Shown: piece after piece, positions 14,311 to 28,131 of the stretch | Layout of the letters: each line of letters opens with the position of its first letter | Numbering within the stretch: the stretch's first letter is position 1 | Assembly (NCBI GenBank): GCA_964016885.1 | Contig: OZ024742.1 | Span: 34,658,001-34,722,000, forward strand | Length of the DNA: 64,000 bases | Direction: 5' to 3' | Source of the DNA: Eledone cirrhosa | Taxonomy: Eukaryota | Program-made: the position numbers and the translations under genes | The notes under the pieces: model-generated | What the model was told of the DNA's origin: nothing | The model's database searches: none | Seen by the model: the letters and a program-made list of their open reading frames with translations, nothing else

Positions 14311-16380
14311 ATAGATTGATATTACCAAGATTACAAAACAAGTTAGTGATATATGCAGGTACATCACCATTTCTGGTACTCTTGCTTCCAGACCCATGTC
14401 ATATTATCCTCTTTCTGGACTAGATACTAATTGACTGGAAACATTATGAAGCCAATGGCAGTATCGGTAGAGAGTCGGACACCATGCTTTGGTCCCTTTA
14501 TGATCTGAGTTCAAATCCCGCCGAGGTTAACTTTGCCTTTCATCCTTACGGGGTCGATAAAATAAAGTACCAGTAATACACTGTGTAAATGCTGGCCTTG
14601 TGCCAAAAGTAGAAACAATTATGAAGCCAAACACAGTCTCCTTAACCCCAAACTATAATGATATGAAGGCAGAAATGTTTAAAATTTAATCCAACATCAT
14701 GCACTAATCTCCTTGCTTGAATTTACTAATATAGTGGTTGCGGGAAATTCAAGAGCCCGCCCATAGTTATGTATAGATTACCAGAACTATCGGAACATCA
14801 GTTGCCGAAAAATCAGTAGTGCGACTGCGTAGCCTGTTATATAATATAGAGCCAGTGTCATGATCACCACACAGTACTGCCACTTGAATTTTATCATCTG
14901 AATCAAAACTTGTGGCTTATATGAATATGAAGCTATACTCCACAACGTTAGATTCGTCAGATTCAATTTCTAAAAAAGGAATATTTATAAATGTTCATTT
15001 GCACAATGTAACAATATAAACCGGAGTTAAGTTTTATGATCACATGATGATTCCCTTCATCGCTTCTTGGAGTTTTTCTCGTTATATTCGATTGATACAA
15101 TATACTCTACAATTTGTATTGAAACCTATGTTAGGTATGTTTATATCTGTATGTGAATGTGTGTAATATTTGTAATACATGGAACGTAATTTTATGTAAT
15201 GTAATGGAAGGTATTGTATTTTATGCAATGTCTGCAATGTAATTTATTATGCAGTGTAATTTTCTGTGAATTCTTACAAGCAAAATAAGAGATCATTATT
15301 GAAGAAAGTACACAATCAAACATTTGTATGTATGGACCCGTAACACATAATAGATATCTTACAGAGAAGTGGAGAGGGGAAATGAGAAAGAGATATAGCG
15401 AAAGAGCCGATCACAGCGACCTCGAATGGATGAAATGCAAAGTTGATATTGGTGGGATTTGAACTTAAAGTGCAGACAGCCGGACGGCTGTCCGACGTTG
15501 TAACGACTCTGATAATTCGCTGCCTATATATACCATCAAATAGATAGTCGATAAAATGAAATTCCCTAACATCCCAATTTACCGTTGCCATGCCTTCCAT
15601 TCACTATCGTACCAGCATCCAAGAACGAGGGAAAATCTAATATACATAGAGTCGGGTGTTTTGGCACACATTTAAGTGCTAGGTAGTCTTAGTCTTATCT
15701 CGTCTGATCAGAGTGGTGGATTGGTAGAATTGTTAGAGCGTCTGACAAAATGTTTTTCAGTATTTGTTCCGACTCTTTATGTATTGTGCTCAAATGCTAT
15801 CTAGATCACCTTTGTCTTTTAATTTTCTAGGGGTCAATAAAATAAAGTACAAGCGAAGGACTGTGTCGATATAATCGACTTAATACTCCACCGCACCAAT
15901 TTGCTGACCTCGTGTCTAAATTGGCAACCAGTATCTCTAATTACCTTTTATCGCCCCCAACAATATATTGTTATACTAAATGACCATTGTGAAGGAGAGT
16001 GGTTTAGTGGTTAGCATTTGTGAGTTCGATTCCAGGTAACGGGTTACAACCTTGAGCAGTTCACCTAATTCTACGTTGCTTTAGTACACTGAGCTAGAAA
16101 ATATACCTTATACCTGTGAATCAAAAGTTTAGTCTTGCCACTGAATCGCTCTGAGGATCACGTTAAGGGTACACCCGTGTATGGCATGGTTAACCCCATG
16201 CATGTTAACCACACGTGCGAACTGTTCCATTGATCAAAGAACTGGAACACGCCGTCAGAACTGATGGAGATCCAACCCACATAATCAAATTTACATAAAA
16301 AATACTTGATTTCCTCATCGGTCAAGATAGAAATGCGTTTAAATCTGTATATTCCCATTCAGTTCGTCCCTGCTGAATAA

Positions 16381-16411
<31 letters not shown>

Positions 16412-18844
16412 ACAAATAAATAATGTGATTCAATATCGATAGTTGAACATTCTTTTACAAATATTTTTTTCTTCGTTATATAAATAGACCTAACTGGTGA
16501 AATTTTTGGTTCATTGATTATGATGAGAAAACACCAGATGATAATCTACACTAAAAAAATGCCTTACAGTCAGTCACGTTATATCTTATAAAATATAATG
16601 AGCACACGGGAAGAAAAACAAAGGTCCCGTAGAGGCCAATAAAGTGGACCTCTATGTAATCGCTCAACCTGCTAGAAATTGCAGACAATTTTTATTTAAA
16701 TCATATACCACAGGATTTACCCTTTCTTCACCATATTTCTAATGAAAAACTACCTATAATTTTCAAATAATCAATAATTTGAAGGATTTAGTAATATATC
16801 TTTCTCGATATTTAACTGTTGGGAAGATAACAAAGGTCCTACATAAAATTAGGATGACTGGTTTTAGATAAATATAAACACATGAAAATAAACAATTTTC
16901 TACAGTTGGACCTGAGGCAGTTTAAGGTAGTTTCGGGCAGTTTCAAGCAGTTTGGTACCAAAAGGATTATGTATCGATATGAATAGCATTCGAGTATCAA
17001 TACTCTCCATAAAATGACTGATACAGGATGTTTACCTTCTCATGACTGTCCAAATAGCCGTGAAACGAATAAAACAATATCCTATGAATAATAGAATAAT
17101 TTTCACGTTTGTTTACGTTTTCACAGCGAGGCTTATGAACCAACATTAAAAATACCTTTGATTTTCTAGCATAAATTAGGTACAGATAATGATTGCTGGC
17201 TAACTAGCCGCTAGCTAGTAATTAGATATATTGGTGTTAGCTGCATTGATAGGTCTGTGGGTAGGTAAATAAATAGCTAGTTAGCCAGGTTGGTATGTAG
17301 GAAGGGAGATTGGTATATATACATATAGAGATGTAAGAAAAGCTTCATAAAAAGATGAAGGAAATTCATTAAGAACTATTTTTAACTATACATAAAGGCA
17401 TACATACACATATATGTGCGTGCATACACATATACATTCTTGCATGCGTACATACATGTTTTCCCATTCAGACAGGCAAAAAGATATATTTGTTAGTATA
17501 TACACATAAATACTCGTACATACACCATAAACAATGCACGATAAATAACATTATCAAGAACCTAGTAGATTGTGACTTAGGGAAAATTGCTAAAAACATA
17601 AATCACGAACTAATCAAAAGCGAAAGCAATAATACTGATATAGGACTGTCGCCATTATAGGGACATACAGCATAAACCTACAAAATAAAAATTAGTGAAG
17701 GATACAAAAAACTCAAAACAGAACAGTTCATAATAAAATCATACAACTTCATTATTTCTACATCAACAAGTCAATAAATAAAAGAACAATTAGGACATGA
17801 TAGAAAACTTATTAACTTGATGCTATCCGTGGTTGATCCAGTTATTAAGGAGCATCTAGCAGGGTCAGAAGCTCCCAGTTTCGGTGAATATTGAATGCCT
17901 TATTATATTGTATTGCAATTACCAATCACCAACAGATCGATCGAAATGGTAACACACAACCAAAATAGATTTCCTCTTTCTTTCTAACAAAAACATTGAC
18001 ATACTATGGAAGAATCGGAAAGTTTGAAGCTATTATTATATGCAAAGTTATTAAGAAATTCATGAACCACCTGCTGCGGATTGATAAGAGACTATCTAAA
18101 ATATGTGGGAGCTGCTGACCAAAGACGCTTAATGGTAAACTAATCAAATGCAAACTACGAGCAGTAAGTCAAAGGCATTGTTATCTTAAGAAATTTTAAG
18201 AATGTTGGACTATCATCAGCAGCTTGCATTAAACCCACAAACTGTGTATCACAGCATAACATGTTGTACCATCAATGCTGCAGATTCTCCATTCCACAAT
18301 TATCTGGTGACATTCAAAAGATGGTGAAGTTGGAAAGGCTTGAAGAGAATATGTATGGTGAACTAACACGGAACTTACAGCTCTTCTATCGTGGCTTTAG
18401 ATTACCATTTGTGCCTATTTGTCTCGAAGCACTCGACTATAAATTTGCACAAATGCTTGTAAATTTTGTTGGTTTTGTAAAATGAATAAAGGAAACCGAC
18501 TCACACCTTTCAAATCCAATCAATTAATGGTAGAGTGAAGATTTGTAGAATATTCTAAAGATTCTTCATTTCAGTTCACAAGAATAAACATATTCACAGA
18601 ATCATATATGTGCATATGACATACACACCTCCACTGGTGTATAAAAAGACGTGTACATCCCATAATATATACATATGAGTGCTAGCATCTTTTATACGTA
18701 CACCTATATATATATATATGCATATATTGAGTTGCAATCACATATTCCCGAAATTCTGGGTCAATATTACCTCAAACAAAGCTTTGTCACTTTATCAAAA
18801 AACCAACTTCATAGAATAATTGCACAAAGAAAGATACATACAAG

Positions 18845-18939
<95 letters not shown>

Positions 18940-19484
18940 CAGCGTGTATATTGTTTTATTTTAAGATGACTTCCCTTTACCCTTTGGGGGCAGCGTGTAT
19001 TTTTTCTTTGAGAGAACTGATGGATTCTAATCTACCAGTCTCTTCTTAGCGCTGAGGGAGACCATCACTTTTCTGTTAATGTCGATATAATTCTTATATC
19101 GTTATTGACTGGGCATCCACTGATGAGTTTATAAGAGCCCGCTTGTGTATAAAACTATGGATTATATACAAGTTTCTACATAACCTGGAATTTATTTATC
19201 CCAAATTGTAGAAATCTTATAACTAATCGGCAGATTAGTTATAAGATTTCTGGAAGAAATGAGATATTTATTTAATAATGTCTCATATAAAATAATACAA
19301 CCAATTATCCACGAAATACTGATTAGTTAGCACCCCAAACACTAAATTGGGATAATACTTAAGTATATCCTAATGTTTGTTGAGTTAGATGGAGTTGGTC
19401 GGAGTATCGCTTAAGGCTTTCTCTGTTTATGTATTGTATATATATATATATATATAATATATATATATATAATATATATATTAA

Positions 19485-19682
19485 TTATTAAAATAACATT
19501 AAAGTTTAAGCAAAGAATCGCTGCTTCAGAAGATCCCGTTAAGGGTGAAAGCAGCGATTCTTTGCTTAAACTTTATTCTGTTATTTTAATAAATATTTGC
19601 TCAACGGTTCTTGTATATTTGATATATATTTATCCTTATCGAGCCCTCTTTGGATTTTAGTCTTCAAATTTATTATTATTAC

Positions 19683-19739
<57 letters not shown>

Positions 19740-19913
19740 ATATTTTAACTTTAATTATATCTCATATAAAATAATACAACTGGCTTTCCACAAAATACAT
19801 ATAGTTAGCACCCCAAACACTAAATTGGGATTATACTGACGTATGACCTAATGTTTGTTGAGTGAGATGGTTACCAGTCGGAGTTTAGCTTAAAGCTTTC
19901 TCTGTTATTGTAT

Positions 19914-19959
<46 letters not shown>

Positions 19960-20380
19960 TAATAATGAATTTGAAGACTAAAATCCAAAGAGGGCTCGAT
20001 AAGGATAAATATATATCAAATATATAAGAACCGTAGAGCAAATATTTATTATAATAACAGATTAAAGTTTAAGCAAAGAATCGCTGCTTTCACCCTTAAC
20101 GGGATCTTCTGAAACTAACAAAGTCAATCTGTATAAGTCAGTAGAGTGCTCAACCGAGGGAGCCAAATAGTAATAATAATAAATTTGAAGACTAAAATCC
20201 AAAGAGGGCTCGATAAGGATAAATATATATCAAATATATAAGAACCGTAGAGCAATTATTTATTAAAATAACAGATTAAAGTTTAAGCAAAGAATTGCTG
20301 CTTTCACCCTTAACGGGATCTTCTGAAACTAACAAAGTCAATCTTTATAAGTCAGTAAAATACTCAACCGAGGGAGGCCG
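19485..20380. mobile_element. Cluster of family C elements (hairpin copy 19485-19685; tandem minus copies 19955-20165 and 20170-20380)
   Basis: CAGAAGATCCCGTTAAGGGTGAAAGCAGCGATTCTTTGCTTAAACTTT...ATCGAGCCCTCTTTGGATTTTAG. Further copies at ~8255-8470, 25270-25360, 32470-32620, 34710-34860 and 63175-63300. Confidence 0.8.
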
Positions 20381-21050
20381 AATTTGCTTGCAAACCGCCA
20401 GAGATTCGATTTTACTAAATTTCCAATTATATTATTCTCCTAGATTTAATAATTAACTAAGTAATTTAATTAGACAATTCTGTTGATTGGTTAATTATTT
20501 GTGTTTGTTTTATAACATCTAGTCGAGAGCTTATCATGATGATTAGCGGAAATTAAAATATTTCCTTTGTCTAACATTTTGAATGACCCGCCAAAAACCG
20601 GGGGTTATTTCCCTTACTGGAATTAACACGTGACAGCTATAGATACGATACGCTGCATCTAGCAGCAACATTTAGCCTATCACCCCTGTTCTGGGTAGAA
20701 CGAAAACCTGTTGAAAAACTGAATCCTCTGTTCGATCATGAATACTACGAGCTTGCCAGTCACGTAAGTCTGATATTTGATTTCGGATTCAAAGAAACAC
20801 TCTAAACGTATAATTGTTTGATTTGTCCAGGTGTATTTTTCTCAACCTGATTAGTTCTATCGTTACTTTGGTATATTATTGTGTGTTAGATTTTGCCTAC
20901 CACAATGTTCGATTTGTCAAGCTATTTAAACGTATGTTATTACTCTAAGGACCTACCTTACGAGTGCTTTGGTAACTCATCATTTCATAAGAAGGCCGAA
21001 TTTACTTGCAAACCGCCAGAGATTCGATTTTACTAAATTTCCAATTATAT
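20375..21050. repeat. Element with ~55-bp direct terminal repeats
   Basis: GGCCGAATTTRCTTGCAAACCGCCAGAGATTCGATTTTACTAAATTTCCAATTAT occurs at 20375 and 20994. Confidence 0.68.
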
Positions 21051-21303
21051 ATATATATATATATATATGGTGGCCTATGTATGATTGAGTGGTTAGAGAA
21101 TTGGATACACAATCTTGAGGTTGTGAGTCCGATTACTCGACCGGGTGATGCGTTATGTCTTCGAGCAAGACACGTTATTTCACGTTGCTCCTTCTACCTG
21201 CAGTTGCGACCGATAGATAGTATTAGCTGGAAAGACCGACGAAAACATTGTTTCCTCGGTCCGATTTGACGAAAGTCGATCGATCCAATATTTATATATA
21301 TTT

Positions 21304-22140
21304 ATACAAATATAAATTAGCGAGAATCGTATTTCGGCTATTGGAAATTAGCGAAAAACAACTCCCGAGATGTGTGGCAAGCGCTCAATAGATTCTAACG
21401 AACCAGAGCTACAACATACGTTAAAAGGCCAAACACAGTGAGACGATGGTTAAACCATTATGCGCACAGCCAGAGAAACGACCAAGTAATTCGGGCCAAA
21501 CAAAATTAAAAAAATATGATTGAAAAATTTACCCGAACCCCTGGATGGTTGGTGAAAATCCAGCATTTGGGTTTCTGCGACTCCTAAATCAAGTACTGTC
21601 CGCTTAGACAAATAATGTTAAGCTTTTGGTAAGATGATTGAACAAGGGCGTCACTTTTTCAACAGGCTTTTAGTTCAAGTACCAGGCCAAGGATTGACCG
21701 TTACCAATACCCACGTGGGGCTCGACAAGGGAGACAACCCTTATTTTGGCGGATGAATTCAGTAAGTGTTTTATTATTGCAAAATTGCAAAATATCACAA
21801 AACGAATTAAGTTCTCAACAGAATGGTTTTAAATTAACAAAAGCTATTCATCAGTCAATAGAATCAACTAGAAAAATCAAGAAAATTAACTGGTCAATAG
21901 CTAGAGTCTGGAGATTAATACAAATATAAATTAGCGAGAATCGTATTTCGGCTATTGGAAATTAGCGAAAAACAACTTCCGAGATGTGTGGCAAGCGCTC
22001 AATAGATTCTAACGAACCAGAGCTACAACATACGTTAAAAGGCCAAACACACTGAGACGATGGTTAAACCATTATCCGCACAGCCATAGAAACGACTAAG
22101 TAATTCGAGTCAAATAAAATAAAAAGAATATGATTGAAAA
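21304..22140. repeat. Element with ~220-bp direct terminal repeats (21304-21525, 21918-22140)
   Basis: ATACAAATATAAATTAGCGAGAATCG...ATATGATTGAAAA is duplicated at high identity around a ~390-bp core. Confidence 0.75.
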
Positions 22141-22197
22141 ATGTGATTGTAAAATTATATATATATGTGTGTGTGTGTGTGTGCGTGTGTGCGTGTG

Positions 22198-22289
<92 letters not shown>

Positions 22290-22601
22290 TGTGTATGTAT
22301 TGAGAGAGAATGAAGTTTTATGCATATTGGAATTGAAAAGTCATGTGAAAGGAGTGGTACCTGGGTATATTTATAATTTGGAAAAGAAATAGCTTTTCAA
22401 CGATTGTCATTTGCATACATCTATTAAATATACACGCATAGACTATTTTTTTATTTTCCGTAAAGTATAGTGTGTATGCGTGGTACGTGTTTCTTTTTCT
22501 TATATAAATGTTTAAGAGATATGTGTACAGTTTTGTATATGTTTATGTGTGTGAGAATGTAGATATGTGTTCGTATATATATGCATATATATATACATAT
22601 A

Positions 22602-22646
<45 letters not shown>

Positions 22647-22827
22647 TTGAGACTAGTAAAATGAGGTATCCTCTTGATAAGTCGGCAGACCTCGCAAGGA
22701 CTCTATATCTTTATGATATATTGTTTTTGTTTATGCCACGAAACTACGTAGTCGAGGAATTTAGGAGCAGTTTAGGTATGATACATTTTATTACTAATTA
22801 TATCTAAATGTTTCTTCTCTCTTCATA

Positions 22828-22904
<77 letters not shown>

Positions 22905-22978
22905 CATATATATACATATATATACATATATATATATATACATATATATACATATATATACATATATATATATATATT

Positions 22979-23046
<68 letters not shown>

Positions 23047-23339
23047 TGTATGTATAGTATATTTAGCAATATAATAACCCATTATATTTATAAGTTGTGT
23101 TGGCCGAATTATGAATGTTGAATATATGTTAGCTTAACGTTAACTGCTTCAACACAGATTTTTAATTACGATAAAGATGAGTATATAAACGCCAAGTAAC
23201 ACAATAGACAGGAAGTATATAGGTCTAAATACAGCAGTATGTTAGGTGGAGTGGAGGGTATAGGGAGGTGTTAAGAAGGGTTAAATATTTTACATAAGCT
23301 TGAGGATATTTTCCTATTTATTTATTTATTATTATTATT

Positions 23340-23645
23340 TGGTAGTATCGGTAGAGACGCCATGCTTTGCAGCAAAGAGTTTCGTCCCTTTATGTTCTGA
23401 GTTCAAATCCCGCCGAGGTTAACTTTGCCTTTCATCCTTACAGGGTCGATAAAATAAAGTACCAGTAATGCACTGAAATAATTGCTGGCCTTGTGCCAAA
23501 AGTAGAAATAATAATTATTATTATTTGTTACAAATCCCGTCGAGATTAACTTTGCCTTTCATCCTAACGGGGGTCGATATAATAAAGTACCAGTAATACA
23601 CTGGGATAATTGCTGGCCTTGTGCCTCTTGTAGAAACAATTATTA
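23340..23645 (+). mobile_element. SINE family 2, two adjacent copies
   Basis: Same core. Other copies at ~570-720(-), 13250-13380, 14455-14620, 15420-15520(-), 15710-15930, 34370-34620(-) and 46395-46570. Confidence 0.8.
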
Positions 23646-23929
23646 TTTGTTACAAATGTTATGCTACCATATTGGAGGTCTTGTTAACTTAATAAGATCC
23701 ATGGGATGTGAAGTGGTTTCAACTTGTGGCCTCCTGTGATAACCAGAAACTCAAGACACATTTTGAACTATACAGCAAGCTTTCAAGTTTTCGCTTCTGG
23801 TGTTCAAACAAGTGTTTGGCTGTAATATATTCTTCAAAATAAGCCACCTCCTCGTTCTTGGCTGCACATCAACTGTTCCATCAATCTAGGATCTATTCCT
23901 TCCTGCAATCGTCTAATATATATATATAT

Positions 23930-24745
23930 ATAAATGGAAAAAATGAAACGAAATTTCATTTCTCACTCTTAGCACGGCTGTTACTTAAATATAAGTATGT
24001 ATACGTACATAAATATATGTATACAGACGTACAGTAGTATGTATATATATACATACATGCACACATATATATATGTACGTATGGATTTACCAAGCATTTA
24101 TTATAATGCTCGGTTTGTTTGTCAGTGTTGAACAAAAGGGCAACGATGGTTGCTAAACACTGTACGGCTTAATTCGGGATGTTTGTTTACAAGCAAACTG
24201 AGCATTATAATAAATGCTCGGTAAATCCATACGTACATATATATATGTGTGCATGTATGTATATATATACATACTAGTGTACGTCTGTATACATATATGT
24301 ATGTACGTATACATACTTATATTTAAGTAACAGCCGTACTAAGAGTGAGAAATGAAATCTCGTTTCATTTTTTCCATTTATCGTTTTCGGTGCGCCCGGC
24401 CGATTAACTCACTCGATATGCAAATTAGGCTGCTCAGCCGTTAATATGCATAAGGAAAGTATATACTTTCAGACGTTCAATCATCTGGCAGGAAGCTATA
24501 CGGTGATGACGATAGCTAATAAGCTTGAAACTAGTACATCGTTCCTTTGTCAGTGTTGAACAAAAGGGCAACGATGTTTGCTAAACACTGTACGGCTTAA
24601 TTCGGGATGTTTGTTTTCAAACAAACCGAGCATTATAATAAATGCTCGGTAAATCCATACGTACATATATATATGTGTGTGCATGTATGTATCTATATAC
24701 ATACTATTGTACGTCTGTATACATATATGTATGTATGTATACATA

Positions 24746-24750
<5 letters not shown>
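23930..24750 (+). mobile_element. Family D: ~1.5 tandem units of a 428-bp HHR repeat preceded by an inverted partial copy
   Basis: GTCAGTGTTGAACAAAAGGG recurs at 24121 and 24549, and 23930-24120 is inverted to 24190-24380. HHR at 24501-24541 has C3 mutated to A. Confidence 0.82.
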
Positions 24751-24833
<83 letters not shown>

Positions 24834-25061
24834 TTTATTTTCAATTATATTTCATTTAAATCTATCAATATATCTATGTATTTATTTATCGATCTTTCTA
24901 TCTATCTATTTATCCTTCTCTACATGCATATATATATAAGCAAATCAATTATATTTAACCCTGCTAACCCAAGCATCGAGCGCACCACGCTTCGGCTTTG
25001 GGCATTTAGTATTCTGTATCGCTCCTCTTTGTACCTCTCTGTTTCTTACGATACTTTAACA

Positions 25062-25161
<100 letters not shown>

Positions 25162-25355
25162 TATATATATACTTATATATATATTGTTATACTTTCGTCA
25201 TGCTGCCAATAAAAGCACACTCACCTGTTGGCTTTCACTTCACTTTATTATAAAACAAATAGAATCACATATTTGCTCTACGGTTCTTATATATTGGATA
25301 TATATTTATCCTTATCGAACCCTCTTTGGATTTTAGTCTTCAAATTTATTATTAT

Positions 25356-25398
<43 letters not shown>

Positions 25399-26296
25399 GA
25401 GGGGGGGTGCATTTGTCTGTGTATTTGTGTGTGTGCGTGTGTATGTGTTTGTGTGTGTGTGTTCGTGTGTGTGCTTGAGAGAGAGAGAGTGTCTGTGTGC
25501 GTCCGTGTGCGTTTATTTTTTATTACTGTCGTTTCTGTTGTATTTTAGACTCAACGTAAACTTGGTTCGAGCAGACATGCAAAATGTTCCTAGCCAGAAT
25601 CGTCCCGCTGCTATCATTTTCCTATATCACTTCCTACTTATTTCAAGAATGCAGGGTGTAATTTGGGGAAGATTTGACTACTACTTCTCGCAGTTCGAGT
25701 GAATACGTTGAACCATTTTTGTTGTTGTTTATCTTGTATCTTTTCGTTGCTTTTATTTTTTTGTTTATTTTTAAGAGAAAAAAAAAACAATAAATGATGC
25801 GTGTTTTTCTAATGCTTTATCTTCCTGCTTGAAATTTCTTTAATCGTTCACGTCAAAATTCATTCGGTTTTGAGGAAATAGTTTCGCCATTGTGTCTGGT
25901 ATTATTAATCTGCTAGGGTATCCGCTACTTGTGTGCGTGCAATGTTTACAAAACAATGCAGTATTATTATTAGTTAGTTGCTAGGGTGTTGTTGTACTAT
26001 TTGTGAGTGGAATGTTACAAAGAGACAAAATATATTGATAGTTGCTATGAGGCACACTTTTTTGTGTGTATGGTATTAGTTTGCTATAAATATGATTCCT
26101 ATAACGACACTTCTGTAACTCCAGGGAAACGTCAGTCATAACAGTTTGGTTAAGAGGTTTGTCTTTCAATCACGTGATTTTGGAATCAATCCTATTGTAG
26201 TACAGCTTCATGTGTCGCTTGACCTTTATTTTGAGTGATACATTTTTGGTAAAAGCTTTGATAAAATTGAATATGTATGTATATATATATATATAT

Positions 26297-27215
26297 AACG
26301 AAGGAAATGTGGTAAAGAACCAGGTGGACCATAACGCACCAAAGTACTCAATACTTAGGGTAGTAGAGTGGGTAATAGGAACGAGTAAGACCCCGACGGC
26401 TGAGCTCAAGCCGCTTCGACGGCTAATTCTGGACTAAATGGAAATTTATCCTGGTATTTGAATAGCCGAGCTTCTCAAGGGGTAATTCCATATATGGTCA
26501 AAGTGTTTGTCACAGGGATTGGTCAAAGTTAGTAGTTGAGACATAATAATTCTATGATGACAAATTAGTGGGGGGAAGAGGTAGCTAAACCTGCCAGTAG
26601 GAGAAAGAGGGAGATGGGGTGGAGTAGACCCATTCATGCGTTGGTAGTGCCGGCTACAGCTGGACGTGAGGTCAAAGAAGATACTAGGGAGTGGGAGGGG
26701 GAGGAAGTCGAAACAGTAGGTAGAACAATGAAGGGTAAAAATATAAAGAAAATACTGAGAGTGTTAAAAAGCGAATAAATGTAAAAAAAAAAAAATAAAC
26801 AATTTCTGGTTACTACGACCTTTTTAACACTCTCAATATTTTCTTTATATTTTTACCCTTCATTGTTCTACCTACTGTTTCGACTTCCTCCCCCTCCTCC
26901 TCCCTAGTATCTTCTTTGACCTCACGCCCAGCTGTAACCAGGCACTACCAACGCATGAATGGGTCTACTCCACCCCCTCTCCCTCTTTCTCCTACTGGCA
27001 GGTTTAGCTACCCCTTTCCCCCACTAATTTGCCATCATAGAATTATTATGTCTCAACTACTAACTTTGACCAATCCCTGTGACAAACACTTTGACCATAT
27101 ATGGAATTACCCTTTGAGAAGCTCGGCTATTCAAATACCAGGATAAATTTTCATTTAGTCCAGAATTAGCCGTCGAAACGGCTTGAGCTCAGCCGTCGGG
27201 GTCTTACTCGTTCCT
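26297..27215 (-). mobile_element. Longest family A fold-back element (tail 26297-26376, arms ~26377-26772 and 26820-27215)
   Basis: About 395-bp inverted arms (mirror ORFs 26446-26637 and 26916-27146), a family A tail and (TA)n flanks. Confidence 0.85.
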
Positions 27216-27439
27216 ATATATATATATATATAAGCTTGTCTTTATTGACTTATATCGAGACAGACAAATTGTATTCACTTTAATTAGTTTATTTCATTAA
27301 TAGCTAACTTTGTCTGTTACAATGCAAACACGTTTTGTGTTTATCATATATTTTAATGTATTTAACTGCTCGGAAATGCCCCTTTCTTGGAGCTGATTTA
27401 TTGTAAACGACTGAGAGTTTAATCTCAAATTATAATATA

Positions 27440-27487
<48 letters not shown>

Positions 27488-28074
27488 ACCAGTCTTCTTC
27501 TGTAGGATTTCTACCACCGGCTCAACCCCGATTCAATTCGCCGTGACCAACCTCTTGACTTTTCCCAAAACTTTTTCTCTTTCAGTCTCCGATTTTTTAT
27601 TTATTTTTTTGTTAATGATTTTTTTTGTTTATGATTTTTTTGTTTATGATTTTTCTGTTTATATTTTACTGCCCCCCCCCCCCCCCCCCACTCTCAAGCG
27701 TGAACCTAATACTAACACTTTGTATTGCAATCTTCGTTATTGTTTTTGTTTTCTGTTTTAACTTTTATATATATATATATAAACGGACATTAGACAATAC
27801 ACCCTTAAATACATACATAGATATATATGTGTCTGTGCATAGAACAATAAAAAACACAGGCGTAGGTAGAACAATCTAAGTCTGACATCTGTTTTTTTTA
27901 TTGTTCTATGCGCAAACACATAGATGTAAATGACTCTGTAACCTGAACGAATTTTCTTCGAGGATACCCTAAGCGGTGATCACCTACCATAAAAACTATT
28001 GGTCACACTTCGCTGCGACCTTCCTTCCAAGGACACATTGAATTTTAACAACTTTATCAGCCTCACCACAATTA

Positions 28075-28131
<57 letters not shown>

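Noticed and set aside
17550-18490. Host exon or TE ORF
   Set aside because: Multiple stops in the frames inspected and only a faint MYGEL resemblance to LINE C-termini; not supportable.
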